A stretch of DNA of 64,000 bases from Methanobacteriota archaeon (GTDB taxonomy: Archaea > Thermoplasmatota > Poseidoniia > Poseidoniales > Thalassarchaeaceae): contig PSPX01000006.1 of the NCBI GenBank assembly GCA_004195715.1, positions 9,524 through 73,523 on the forward strand, given 5' to 3'. Made by a program: the position numbers and the translations under genes. Positions 10,203 to 19,441 of this stretch are shown here, piece after piece. Each line of letters starts with the position of its first letter. Position 1 is the stretch's first letter. The notes under the pieces were generated by a model, which was not told where the DNA came from, searched no databases, and was given only the letters and a program-made list of their open reading frames with translations.

Positions 10203-11213
10203 ATGTCGAATATGATACTAGGCATCGAGAGCACCGCCCACACCCTGTCTTTTGGAGTGGTTGAAGAAGATGGTCGTGCCAAGCCTTCCGTATCAAATCT
10301 GTTCAGGCCAGAAGAAGGAGGTATTCATCCCCGTGAGGCTGCTGATCACCACTCTGATGCCGCTGGAGATCTGCTATCCCAAGTGATGCTGATAAACTCA
10401 ATCAGTAAATCAGATATTACTGCGATAGCATTCAGCCAAGGCCCAGGACTCGGTCCCTGTCTGAGGGTAGGGGCCTCTGTAGCCAGAGCTCTGGCAAACT
10501 CATGGGAGGTTCCACTTATCGGTGTTAACCACTGTGTTGCACATATCGAAATAGGAAGGAATCAGACGGGATGCGAAGATCCGGTCCTACTCTATGTCAG
10601 TGGAGGGAACACACAAGTCATTGCACGTAGGGAGGGGAGATACCGAGTCCTTGGTGAAACTCTAGATATTGGCATTGGGAACATGTTAGACAAGTTCGCT
10701 AGATCCCAAGGGATACCATTCCCAGGAGGCCCTGAGATAGAGAGGTTAGCTGGTGATTGGATATCTAGAAATCCTGAATGCTCACTTGAATCTATATTAT
10801 TGCCGTATGGAGTCCAGGGCATGGATCTTGGATTCTCTGGCATACTCACAGCCGCCATACAAAAGAAGACGGCGGGGCATGATTTGAGTGAAATATGTTG
10901 GTCTCTTCAAGAACACTCATTCTCCGCCTGCATTGAAGTTGCTGAGAGAGCTATGGCCCACACAGGAAAATCTGAACTCTTACTTGGTGGAGGTGTTGCT
11001 TGCAATGAGAGACTCAGGCAAATGGCATCTATCATGTGTCAGGAAAGAGGAGGGAGGTCGTATTCTCCAAGCAAGGAGTATTGTGTCGACAATGGTACGA
11101 TGATAGCAGAATTGGGCCGGAAAATGCTAGAATCGGGTTCTCTGACTGCATTGCAAGACAGTGCAGTGTGTCCCGGGCTGAGGACTGATCAGACCATAGT
11201 CACATGGCACTGA
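10203..11213 (+). CDS. kae1: KEOPS t6A synthase Kae1 (stand-alone, no Bud32 fusion)
   Basis: ILGIESTAHT, GPGLGPCLRVG, VNHCVAHIE, VSGGNTQ, DNGTMIA. Confidence 0.95.
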   Translation: MSNMILGIESTAHTLSFGVVEEDGRAKPSVSNLFRPEEGGIHPREAADHHSDAAGDLLSQVMLINSISKSDITAIAFSQGPGLGPCLRVGASVARALANSWEVPLIGVNHCVAHIEIGRNQTGCEDPVLLYVSGGNTQVIARREGRYRVLGETLDIGIGNMLDKFARSQGIPFPGGPEIERLAGDWISRNPECSLESILLPYGVQGMDLGFSGILTAAIQKKTAGHDLSEICWSLQEHSFSACIEVAERAMAHTGKSELLLGGGVACNERLRQMASIMCQERGGRSYSPSKEYCVDNGTMIAELGRKMLESGSLTALQDSAVCPGLRTDQTIVTWH

Positions 11214-11278
11214 GGGAGATGTCCTGAGAAGCCTTATGAGACCCTGTTGCGCGTCCCGGGCCGGAGTTTGGTCATCTA

Positions 11279-12031
11279 GTGCAGAAACGTCGTCGTACCA
11301 AGGCAGTCCCAAAGGACATATTCGGCAATGCACCTAAGCCAATTACTTCCAAAAAAGTGGTAGTCAAACAGCCTCCATCTAGCAAACCACCTCCTACCCC
11401 TGTCCCTGTTCCTGCCGTCGAAACCAAGGAAGAGGAAGAGCCTCCTGTAATAGAAGAAGAGCTTTCTGAATCTGCAGAAGAAATTATCCAATCACCCGAA
11501 GAGGATGTCATACAAAGTCAGATGCTCGGAGTCACTCGACGCAAATCAATTGGGCTGCAGCCGAAGCAAGAAGAGGAAGAAGAAGATTCCCCTGCCAATG
11601 GCCTCAGTGATAAAGCACAGGAATTGATTGACGAAAGCAAACTACGTGCTAAGAACGATCAACAGCCGAAAAAGGCAGTTATTAAAACCGTCAAAATACC
11701 GTCTATTCAGAGAGAAGCGCCCACGCCCAAACCCCCTGCACCCAAATATAGACGTAGAAGAAATTCGTTTCAACCAGCAGCACGCGACAAGCGACTAGAT
11801 CGTAGCAGGCACATGGAATACAAATACGAGGTTCGCGGACTCATGGCAGATATTGACGTTGAAGAAGAGCATCGTTCCAATGTCCTAGGAACCATGTGGG
11901 CCAAGGGAGAGAGGCAAAACGTTGCCGAAGCAAAGGAGTTTCTTGAGAGTAAACATTCAGAAGGAGTACTCACAGAAGAGCAGTTTAAGAAACTCTGTGA
12001 TGTCATTAACAAATACACAGTGAGGAGATAG
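11279..12031 (+). CDS. Hypothetical protein with a low-complexity P/E/K N-terminus and a helical C-terminal domain
   Basis: 250-aa ORF filling the gap between kae1 and slyD; no family recognised. Confidence 0.7.
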   Translation: MQKRRRTKAVPKDIFGNAPKPITSKKVVVKQPPSSKPPPTPVPVPAVETKEEEEPPVIEEELSESAEEIIQSPEEDVIQSQMLGVTRRKSIGLQPKQEEEEEDSPANGLSDKAQELIDESKLRAKNDQQPKKAVIKTVKIPSIQREAPTPKPPAPKYRRRRNSFQPAARDKRLDRSRHMEYKYEVRGLMADIDVEEEHRSNVLGTMWAKGERQNVAEAKEFLESKHSEGVLTEEQFKKLCDVINKYTVRR

Positions 12032-12034
12032 AAT

Positions 12035-12520
12035 ATGTCAGTATTAGAGCAAGATTCAGTGGTTTCAGTAATGTATACGGGTACATTCCCCGAGTCCGGA
12101 GAGGTATTCGACTCAAATATCAACCAACCGCCGTTGGTATTTCTTGTTGGCCATGGAAACATGATAGAGGGTTTCGAACAGGAGATGCTCGGGGCAGCAG
12201 TGGGGGAATCCAGAGATTTCACCCTGACACCCGAGAGGGCTTACGGGCACCGAGATGATGCCAATGTACAGGCAATTCCCAGAAGTCAAATTCCTGAGGG
12301 TATGGAACTAGAAGTAGGGGCGGTCTTAGGTGCCCAGAGTGATCAAGGACCTATACAATTTACCATCGTTGAGGTAGGGGATGAGTTTGTTACTGCGGAT
12401 TTCAACCACCAAATGGCCGGACAAACATTACATTTCACCGTCGAAGTAGTTGAAATTCGAGAGGCCACTTCAGACGAGCTTGCTCACGGACATGCCCACG
12501 GCCCAGGTCACCAGCACTAG
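12035..12520 (+). CDS. slyD: FKBP-type peptidyl-prolyl isomerase SlyD
   Basis: GEVFDS, PERAYG, DFNHQMAGQTLHF, His-rich tail HGHAHGPGHQH. Confidence 0.93.
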   Translation: MSVLEQDSVVSVMYTGTFPESGEVFDSNINQPPLVFLVGHGNMIEGFEQEMLGAAVGESRDFTLTPERAYGHRDDANVQAIPRSQIPEGMELEVGAVLGAQSDQGPIQFTIVEVGDEFVTADFNHQMAGQTLHFTVEVVEIREATSDELAHGHAHGPGHQH

Positions 12521-12556
12521 CACATTGTTCATGGTGTAATTCGTCCTCCCGGGACT

Positions 12557-14149
12557 ATGCGGAAGAGCCGGTCCAAGACCATGAGTGGGATGGACAGGTC
12601 GGATATCTCGAGTAATGACGCCGCAAGAGTCGCCGGATATCCTCCCGGAGGGCATCCGATGCCCGGGGAACCACCTTACACCAGAGGGATACATTCTGAT
12701 ATGTACAAAAGCAAACTTTGGACGATGAGGCAGTATGCTGGATTTTCCTCAGCAAAGGAAACGAATCTAAGATTTAAGATGCTACTCGAACAAGGGCAGA
12801 CTGGACTTTCGGTAGCATTTGACCTACCTACACAACTCGGGTTGGATTCTGATCATCCGCGTTCACTCGGCGAAGTAGGAAAGGTAGGAGTGCCAATAGA
12901 TACCATCGAAGATATGCGGCAGATGTTTGATTCAATCGACCTTTCAGAGGTCTCTACATCAATGACAATTAATGCACCAGCAACTGCATTATTGGCGATG
13001 TATGTTGCAGTTGCTGAAGAGCAAGGAGTCCCTAGAGATAGCCTAAGAGGGACAGTTCAAAATGATATACTCAAGGAGTATATCGCTAGGGGATTGTACG
13101 TCTATCCACCTGCGCAATCCATGAGGCTTACAACAGATCTGATGGGCTGGTGCATAGATAACGCTCCTTTGTGGAATTCAATTTCCATCAGTGGTTACCA
13201 CATGAGGGAGGCGGGCTGCACCGCAGTGGAAGAAGTTGCATTTACGCTCTCGAACGCACTACAGTATACTCGCAGTGCTATCAATTCCGGACTGACAGTG
13301 GATGATTTCGCCCCTCGAATGTCGTTCTTCTTCAGCTCACATAACGATCTTTTGGAGGAGGTAGCAAAGTTCCGTGCAGCTAGAACATTATGGCATGAAT
13401 TAATGCAAATAGAGTTTCAACCTGACAACCCACGTTCAAGCCAATTGAGGTTTCACACTCAGACCGCAGGAGTCACGCTGACGGCGCAGCAACCTCTGAA
13501 CAATGCTGTTCGGGTCGCCTATCAGGCACTGTCTGCTGTCCTAGGGGGCACGCAATCTCTGCACACTAACAGTTTCGATGAGGCCATCGGCCTACCAACT
13601 GAAGAATCTGCAAGAATAGCTCTTAGGACGCAGCAGATTATTTCTGAAGAAACCGGTGTAGCCAACAGTGTTGACCCTCTAGCCGGGTCCTATCTGATAG
13701 AGGAAATGACATCGCGCATAGTCTCAGAAGCGAAGACTCTGATAGAACAAATTGACTCCCATGGTGGTGGATTAGAATGTATCAAATCCGGGCTGCAACA
13801 GAGGATGATACACGATAGTGCTTGGAAGAACCTACAGGAGATAGAGTCAGGAGAAATAGGGGTCGTTGGTGTCAATTCCTATCTCGAAGACAGTGGACAA
13901 TCAATAAACACACAGAAATTTGATTCTGTGGATGTTCAGTCTAGGATAGTCGCTTTGACGGAGCACCGCAACAACAGAAATCAGGAATCTGTAACTAATG
14001 CACTAGAAAGGCTAGAAAATGCATGCTCTGGAGGAGAAAATGTGATGGAACCTATGATTGAATCTGTCAAAGTAGGGGCGACAATTGGCGAAGTTAACGG
14101 AGTATTGAGGTCAGTATTCGGCACCTGGACTTCTCCAAGCGGGGTGTAA
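12557..14149 (+). CDS. Methylmalonyl-CoA mutase, substrate-binding (large) subunit
   Basis: PYTRG, WTMRQYAGF, GLSVAFDLPT, QNDILKEY, ISISGYH, GGTQSLHTN. No B12-binding domain in this chain. Confidence 0.93.
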   Translation: MRKSRSKTMSGMDRSDISSNDAARVAGYPPGGHPMPGEPPYTRGIHSDMYKSKLWTMRQYAGFSSAKETNLRFKMLLEQGQTGLSVAFDLPTQLGLDSDHPRSLGEVGKVGVPIDTIEDMRQMFDSIDLSEVSTSMTINAPATALLAMYVAVAEEQGVPRDSLRGTVQNDILKEYIARGLYVYPPAQSMRLTTDLMGWCIDNAPLWNSISISGYHMREAGCTAVEEVAFTLSNALQYTRSAINSGLTVDDFAPRMSFFFSSHNDLLEEVAKFRAARTLWHELMQIEFQPDNPRSSQLRFHTQTAGVTLTAQQPLNNAVRVAYQALSAVLGGTQSLHTNSFDEAIGLPTEESARIALRTQQIISEETGVANSVDPLAGSYLIEEMTSRIVSEAKTLIEQIDSHGGGLECIKSGLQQRMIHDSAWKNLQEIESGEIGVVGVNSYLEDSGQSINTQKFDSVDVQSRIVALTEHRNNRNQESVTNALERLENACSGGENVMEPMIESVKVGATIGEVNGVLRSVFGTWTSPSGV

Positions 14150-14150
14150 C

Positions 14151-14561
14151 ATGAATGATGTGTCGGTCGATCACATAGGCATTGCTTCCGAGTCCATTGA
14201 GTCGGCTAGTGGCTTCTGGGAACTACTTGGATTCAAACAGAATGCCGAGCACGTGAATGAAGAACAGGGCGTTCGAATCAAAATGCTAGAGGGATCTGGG
14301 TCATCAGCAAAAATCGAGTTGCTTGAACCATTGGGGCCGAACACCCCCATTGGGAGGTTCATATCCAAGAAAGGCGAAGGTATTCAACAACTGGCTATCA
14401 GGGTCAATGATATCGAATCAACGATTACACAGTTGATTGCCTCAGGTGTGAGGATGATAGATAAACAGCCCGTAGGGGGGGCATCTGGGAGCATTATCGC
14501 ATTCGTCCACCCATCATCTACGGGTGGTGTCCTTGTCGAATTGGTAGAGCATAACAATTGA
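14151..14561 (+). CDS. mce: Methylmalonyl-CoA epimerase
   Basis: DHIGIA, IELLEP, AFVHPSSTGGVLVELVE; directly follows the mutase. Confidence 0.92.
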   Translation: MNDVSVDHIGIASESIESASGFWELLGFKQNAEHVNEEQGVRIKMLEGSGSSAKIELLEPLGPNTPIGRFISKKGEGIQQLAIRVNDIESTITQLIASGVRMIDKQPVGGASGSIIAFVHPSSTGGVLVELVEHNN

Positions 14562-14595
14562 CAAGCATCAAAAAGGACTCCTAATACGGGGCGTC

Positions 14596-14898
14596 ATGAA
14601 GACCTCTATGAGTCGGCTTCACGTGTGTGAATTGTTGACTTCGCAAATCGTTTCTAACGAAGTCGGGTTTCTCTCAGAAACGCTAGGTAATCTGCGTGAT
14701 TCAGGAGAAATTTCCAATGATGCTTATCTTGAAGCCGGGAGCATTCAGGGAGGGCTGTCCCTGATTGCAAGTCTGATTGACCAGGAAGTCTCCGATGATG
14801 AAATTCAAATGCAGTTAGATCAGTTGATTACCAGAGCGCTCAGGATTAGCACAAACTATCCAGAGATGGATCAAAAGATAGAGGACTACAGGCAATAG
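14596..14898 (+). CDS. Hypothetical helical protein
   Basis: 100-aa ORF with protein-like composition filling an intergenic gap. Confidence 0.6.
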   Translation: MKTSMSRLHVCELLTSQIVSNEVGFLSETLGNLRDSGEISNDAYLEAGSIQGGLSLIASLIDQEVSDDEIQMQLDQLITRALRISTNYPEMDQKIEDYRQ

Positions 14899-14930
14899 TA
14901 TTCGCGTAGTATTATTATACGAATACTTAT
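14896..14930 (+). promoter_or_regulatory. Candidate operator/promoter upstream of the RHH-folE-que operon
   Basis: Inverted repeat AGTATTCG-N15-CGAATACT, TAGTATT direct repeats 11 bp apart, and an overlapping AT-rich TATA-like tract. Confidence 0.5.
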
Positions 14931-14954
14931 CAATGGTCACTCGACCCGATTGAT

Positions 14955-15137
14955 GTGCCTAAAGTGAGCCTTGACATACCTTCCGAACTGCTAAGCGACC
15001 TCCGAGATCATGTTGGTGACGACAAGAAATTCGTTTCACTTGCAGATGCCGTAAGGACCGCGTGTAGAAAACTCCTCGACCAATTAGATGCGATTGATGA
15101 GATGCACGGTAGAACTAGGAGGAAATCGGATGAATGA
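14955..15137 (+). CDS. Ribbon-helix-helix (CopG/Arc/MetJ) transcription regulator
   Basis: MPKVSLDIPSELLSDL...SLADAVRTACRKLL: alternating beta-strand followed by two helices. Confidence 0.8.
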   Translation: MPKVSLDIPSELLSDLRDHVGDDKKFVSLADAVRTACRKLLDQLDAIDEMHGRTRRKSDE

Positions 15138-15717
15138 TGTTCCGAGCAAGCAACAGGCTGTATCCGCAGTTGATACTCTGGTGAGATACATCGAGTCTGC
15201 AAAAGGTGAGCTTAGGGAGGGGCTTGCTAGAACTCCTGAAAGGGTAATCGAATCTTTTGTGGAAATATATTCAGGATATTCAGGTGATGCGGAATCCATT
15301 CTCAATGCCACATTCAACTCCGAGGGCTATGATGGGATTGTACTTTTGAAGAATATTGAGTTCCACTCGGTTTGTGAACATCATTTGCTACCGTTCTCTG
15401 GAAAGGCCCACATTGCTTACATTCCCGTAGACAGGATTGTAGGAATTAGTAAACTAGCACGACTACTGAACCTTCACTCAAGTCGGTTGCAGAACCAAGA
15501 GAGGTTGACCAAGGGGGTCGCTGACGATATAGAGAATATTATGGCACCTTTGGGTTGTGCAGTGATACTAGAGGCGTCTCATGACTGCATGCAATGCCGA
15601 GGAGTGGCAAAACAGAATGCCGTGATGACTACCAGCGCGATGCGTGGTGTGTTCTTCGAGAAATTGGAAGCCCGTGGAGAGCTGTTGCAACTCATTAACA
15701 ACCAGTCTGACAGGTGA
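15130..15717 (+). CDS. folE: GTP cyclohydrolase I (FolE, type IA)
   Basis: REGLARTPERV, SVCEHHLLPF, VGISKLARL, LQNQERLT, HDCMQCRGV. Confidence 0.95.
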   Translation: MNDVPSKQQAVSAVDTLVRYIESAKGELREGLARTPERVIESFVEIYSGYSGDAESILNATFNSEGYDGIVLLKNIEFHSVCEHHLLPFSGKAHIAYIPVDRIVGISKLARLLNLHSSRLQNQERLTKGVADDIENIMAPLGCAVILEASHDCMQCRGVAKQNAVMTTSAMRGVFFEKLEARGELLQLINNQSDR

Positions 15718-15721
15718 TTGT

Positions 15722-16351
15722 ATGGTACTGTTACCCACTGGCCCGAATCTTGAACAAATTTTCCCCATAGTAGAGATATTTCACAGCATCCAAGGAGAGG
15801 GGCATCATACAGGGATATCGTCAGTGTTCATTCGATTCGGTAGGTGCAACCTCAGATGCCCGTGGTGTGACACCGAATTCGACGAGTGGGATGACATGAC
15901 GCTGGGGCAGATCATAGATGATGTGAGCAAGTTCGATTGCGACAGAATCATCTTGACTGGGGGGGAACCAGCACTACAGGACCTACCAACGCTGTGTGGA
16001 GCTCTAAGGGCAACAGGATACCACATCAGTATCGAGACCAACGGAACTGTAGCGATACCTGATGGAATCATCGATTGGATATGCGTCAGTCCGAAGGACC
16101 AGGAATATCCCGACGTTGCAATCAGGCAAAGGGAGGGGGATGAATTGAAGGTCGTTTACCTCGGACAAGACATGTCGATGTACGACGACCTGAAAGACGG
16201 TTTCGAACACCTGTACCTACAACCCTGCTATGTCGAGGGTGAAAGCGTTGAATGGAATGGCCTCAACTTCCATGCTACCTTCGAACAGATTAGATTGAAT
16301 CCGGAATGGAGGCTTTCTCTCCAAACACACAAGTGGATGTGCGTTGAATGA
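15722..16351 (+). CDS. queE: 7-carboxy-7-deazaguanine synthase (radical SAM)
   Basis: EIFHSIQGEG, CNLRCPWCDT, TGGEP, ETNGT, SPK, RLSLQTHK. Confidence 0.94.
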   Translation: MVLLPTGPNLEQIFPIVEIFHSIQGEGHHTGISSVFIRFGRCNLRCPWCDTEFDEWDDMTLGQIIDDVSKFDCDRIILTGGEPALQDLPTLCGALRATGYHISIETNGTVAIPDGIIDWICVSPKDQEYPDVAIRQREGDELKVVYLGQDMSMYDDLKDGFEHLYLQPCYVEGESVEWNGLNFHATFEQIRLNPEWRLSLQTHKWMCVE

Positions 16352-17130
16352 ACAGAGTGGTGATGGCACTCAGTGGTGGTATGGACTCGACCTCGCTGCT
16401 ACTGCGTATGTTAGCACAGGGGGGCGAGGTTACCTGTATCTCCTACGATTACGGGCAAAAGCATGTAATAGAGCTTGAACGAGCGTCTACAAACGTCGAT
16501 TACCTTCGTTCTAAAGGATACAAGGTCGAGCATGTCGTGGCTGACCTATCTAGTGCTATGTCACTCTTCGACTCCACCCTAACCGATTCTGAAAGATCTG
16601 TTCCCGAGGGCCACTACGAGGAGGAACAGATGAAGCAGACCGTGGTGCCTAATCGAAACGCAATATTTACGTCAATCCTCTACGGGTACGCCCTGTCTGT
16701 CTCTGCCAAGGAGAATGTAGATGTCTCCGTGACATTGGGAGTGCACTCTGGTGATCACGTAATCTACCCTGATTGTAGGCCGGAGTTCTACGATGAATTG
16801 ATGCGCGCATTCAAGACTGGGAACTGGGGTTCTGAGAGAGTCACCGTCAATCTTCCGTATGTTGACGGAGACAAGGAGAGTATCCTCAGGGATGCCCTGA
16901 TTTCATGTGATTCCTTAGGACTCGATTTCGATACAGTATTCAGGAATACAAACACCTCGTACAATCCCGATGAGTTCGGGCGTAGTTCTGGAAAGACCGG
17001 TGCTGATGTGGAGAGGATACTAGCCTTCCACGCGATTGGTAGGAAGGACCCTGTTGAATACGTTGACGACTGGAATACCGTTCTTGATCACGCTATCGAG
17101 ACTGAAAGGCAACATGAGGCTATACTATGA
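16348..17130 (+). CDS. queC: 7-cyano-7-deazaguanine synthase
   Basis: SGGMDS PP-loop, YGQKH, VVPNRN, YPDCRPEF. Confidence 0.93.
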   Translation: MNRVVMALSGGMDSTSLLLRMLAQGGEVTCISYDYGQKHVIELERASTNVDYLRSKGYKVEHVVADLSSAMSLFDSTLTDSERSVPEGHYEEEQMKQTVVPNRNAIFTSILYGYALSVSAKENVDVSVTLGVHSGDHVIYPDCRPEFYDELMRAFKTGNWGSERVTVNLPYVDGDKESILRDALISCDSLGLDFDTVFRNTNTSYNPDEFGRSSGKTGADVERILAFHAIGRKDPVEYVDDWNTVLDHAIETERQHEAIL

Positions 17131-17552
17131 CCGCTTCCACACCAAGGCCGAATTCTGAAAGGGATGCAGAGTGGCGTTCTAGGCTAACCGCGCTGCAATA
17201 CCACGTTACTAGGGAAGCAGGCACAGAGATGCCTAACACTGGCATATACAACATGGAGGAAAGGGATGGTTGCTACAACTGCTTATGCTGTGGCCATATA
17301 CTATTCACTAGTGAGATGAAGTATCAGTCCGGATGTGGTTGGCCCGCATTCCATACAGAGCATCCTGATGCTGGAATATCGAGACTGGAGGACAAAACCC
17401 ATGGCATGGCTAGGGTCGAGGTCAGGTGTGGTTCATGTGATGCTCATCTAGGTCATGTATTCCGCGACGGCCCCTCTGAATTCGGAGGAGATAGGTACTG
17501 TATCAACTCAGCCAGCGTGGATTTCATCCAGGAGGCTAATCATGACGACTAA
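17127..17552 (+). CDS. msrB: Peptide methionine-R-sulfoxide reductase
   Basis: GTE, SGCGWPAF, AHLGHVF, RYCINS. Confidence 0.94.
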   Translation: MTASTPRPNSERDAEWRSRLTALQYHVTREAGTEMPNTGIYNMEERDGCYNCLCCGHILFTSEMKYQSGCGWPAFHTEHPDAGISRLEDKTHGMARVEVRCGSCDAHLGHVFRDGPSEFGGDRYCINSASVDFIQEANHDD

Positions 17553-17991
17553 GATACGCAGATGGGTTGAGACGGATACTGGACATAGAATCCCTAACCA
17601 CAGTAGCAAGTGCAGAAACATGCATGGGCATAGATACAGATGGGAAGCTGAGCTAGAAGGTGATGTAGTCACCGATGTCGGAGCATCAGAAGAGGGAATG
17701 CTGATAGATTTCGCTGACATCTCAATGATTCTCATGCAGCACATCCACGATGTGGTCGATCACGCGTTCATCGTTTACGAGGGGGATACTAGGGCTCTAG
17801 AAGCTCTATCTTCGATGGGAGATGGACATAGGACTCTGGTCGTTCCATTCATTCCAACTGCCGAGAACCTAGCCAAGTGGGCGTTCGAACTAATCGAACC
17901 TCACATCTCGTCGGCATATGGGAATATACTCAGATTGCACTCATTCCATGTCAGGGAAACTCCCAAGTCTTGGGCTACTTGGAGTCCTTGA
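17542..17991 (+). CDS. queD: 6-carboxytetrahydropterin synthase
   Basis: GHRIPNHSSKCRNMHGHRY, GMLIDF, DHAF, PTAENLA, VRETP. Confidence 0.92.
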   Translation: MTTKIRRWVETDTGHRIPNHSSKCRNMHGHRYRWEAELEGDVVTDVGASEEGMLIDFADISMILMQHIHDVVDHAFIVYEGDTRALEALSSMGDGHRTLVVPFIPTAENLAKWAFELIEPHISSAYGNILRLHSFHVRETPKSWATWSP

Positions 17992-18025
17992 GGGTCATTT
18001 TCCCCGACTCTTGTCTTTCTTCCGA

Positions 18026-18778
18026 CTAATCCTCTTCGAAAGCATCTGCAGCCTCTGTGATGACCCCTAGCAATCTGTGAATCTCATCGTCCTTCGGCAA
18101 CCCCCTCATTATGACTCTGACTAGAGTTTCCTCAATTCCTTTTCTTTTGTGGTCCTTGGTAGGCATAGATCCTACCAACCTAGATACCTCAGATCTGAAT
18201 GTATTCCTAAGGTCAGAATCCAATAACCTATTTCCTGTTCCCGATGGCTGAATGGTATCTGAATTCACGTACCAGCTGAAACAGATGATTGAAACAGCAT
18301 GGCTGAGATTCAGAATGGGGTAACCCTCCCAGGTGGGTATCGTGACTAATAGGTCACACATTCTCAACTCCTCGTTCAGAAGTCCCTTGTCCTCTGGTCC
18401 GAATACCATAGCAACTCTGCCATCTGTTCCTGAAAGCCTTTCTGGCAGTTCCTCTGGCAGTAGAAAATGCCTCATGACAGTCTTGTTGCCATCCTCTCTC
18501 TTACCAGAGGTTCCGATTACTATCGAACAGTCACTAGTCGCATCTGCGATTGTGCTCACGAGTTTTGCCGAATCTAGTACTGACTGCGCGTTCTTAGCGC
18601 GGTTCCTAGTCTCCTCAGACCACTCTTCAGACCTACCGACCACTCTCAAATCGGTGATTCCAAAGTTAAGCATGGATCTGGCGACTGCCCCAATGTTGCC
18701 ATCGTGCCCGGGATTGACCAATACTATGCACAGGTTCTCGTTCCCAAGAGGCAAAGGGACTTTTCTGTGGTTTCCCAT
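18026..18778 (-). CDS. trmJ: SPOUT tRNA (C32/U32) 2'-O-methyltransferase, TrmJ family
   Basis: GNIGAVARSMLNFG, VFGPEDKGL, YPILNLSHAV. Confidence 0.88.
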   Translation of the reverse strand: MGNHRKVPLPLGNENLCIVLVNPGHDGNIGAVARSMLNFGITDLRVVGRSEEWSEETRNRAKNAQSVLDSAKLVSTIADATSDCSIVIGTSGKREDGNKTVMRHFLLPEELPERLSGTDGRVAMVFGPEDKGLLNEELRMCDLLVTIPTWEGYPILNLSHAVSIICFSWYVNSDTIQPSGTGNRLLDSDLRNTFRSEVSRLVGSMPTKDHKRKGIEETLVRVIMRGLPKDDEIHRLLGVITEAADAFEED

Positions 18779-18814
18779 GACTGGCGCATGCAGTCATCTT
18801 TCAAGAGGATGGCC

Positions 18815-19006
18815 TCAATCTGTACGGCGTTGCCTGTAGCGCGTGATGTACCCGGCTATCCAATTCCTCATCCTCTTGTTATCGACGTCACTGTACTCTG
18901 AGACAAGGTGCTTGTTGGTATCGAAGTCGTCAGTGAACTGATCTGGATATATCTCAAGTAGTCTGAGTGCCCTAATCTTGATGAAAGATGGTCTGATGTT
19001 ACCCAT
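18815..19006 (-). CDS. rps17e: 30S ribosomal protein S17e
   Basis: [10 protein letters not shown]...FTDDFDTNK...RNWIAGYIT. Confidence 0.95.
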   Translation of the reverse strand: MGNIRPSFIKIRALRLLEIYPDQFTDDFDTNKHLVSEYSDVDNKRMRNWIAGYITRYRQRRTD

Positions 19007-19008
19007 GC

Positions 19009-19272
19009 TCAGGCCTCCAGTAGTTTCACTTCGATTGGGAAGCCTTCCTCGCGCGTGCAGACTACGCGAATCTTGCGCGGAGGATGTTGCATACCACGAG
19101 ACCAGATTGCATGGTTCACAGCCTCGTCAATCCAAAGGTCCTCATCATCTGTCATCTTCATGTGACGGGAGACGTGAATCCGGATTTCTGCAATGGCCCG
19201 GTTAGCGCGCCGAGTACGCGGAACATTCCATGCAGCACGCAGTGGTATCGTCATTTCCTTCACCTCAGCCAA
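19009..19272 (-). CDS. rpl31e: 50S ribosomal protein L31e
   Basis: TIPLR...RRANRAI...RHMK...VNHAIWSRG...PPRKIRV; TTG start behind GAGGTGA. Confidence 0.95.
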   Translation of the reverse strand: MAEVKEMTIPLRAAWNVPRTRRANRAIAEIRIHVSRHMKMTDDEDLWIDEAVNHAIWSRGMQHPPRKIRVVCTREEGFPIEVKLLEA

Positions 19273-19276
19273 TCAA

Positions 19277-19432
19277 TCACCTCTGTAGCTTGGATCGGCG
19301 CCACATATGGCGCTTAGGATGAGAATTTACCCTGCGATTGGTGCGAAGCATCACCCACACGGGAACTCGGCGATTCTGTTTAGTGACTTTCTGAAGTCTC
19401 TGTTTCTTGGCAAATGGTTTGTTACTAGACAT
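19277..19432 (-). CDS. rpl39e: 50S ribosomal protein L39e (absent from the ORF track)
   Basis: Manual translation, 51 aa: [51 protein letters not shown]. Confidence 0.95.
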   Translation of the reverse strand: MSSNKPFAKKQRLQKVTKQNRRVPVWVMLRTNRRVNSHPKRHMWRRSKLQR

Positions 19433-19441
19433 CATACCACC

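Noticed and set aside
14897..14927. Second dif/lox-like site or preQ1 riboswitch
   Set aside because: The spacer is 5 bp rather than 6 or 8, and there is no preQ1 stem with an A-rich tail; its position fits an operator.
15130..17991. dpd-type DNA 7-deazaguanine modification or defence island
   Set aside because: No dpdA/TGT paralogue, helicase or nuclease nearby; archaeosine precursor supply is the simpler explanation.
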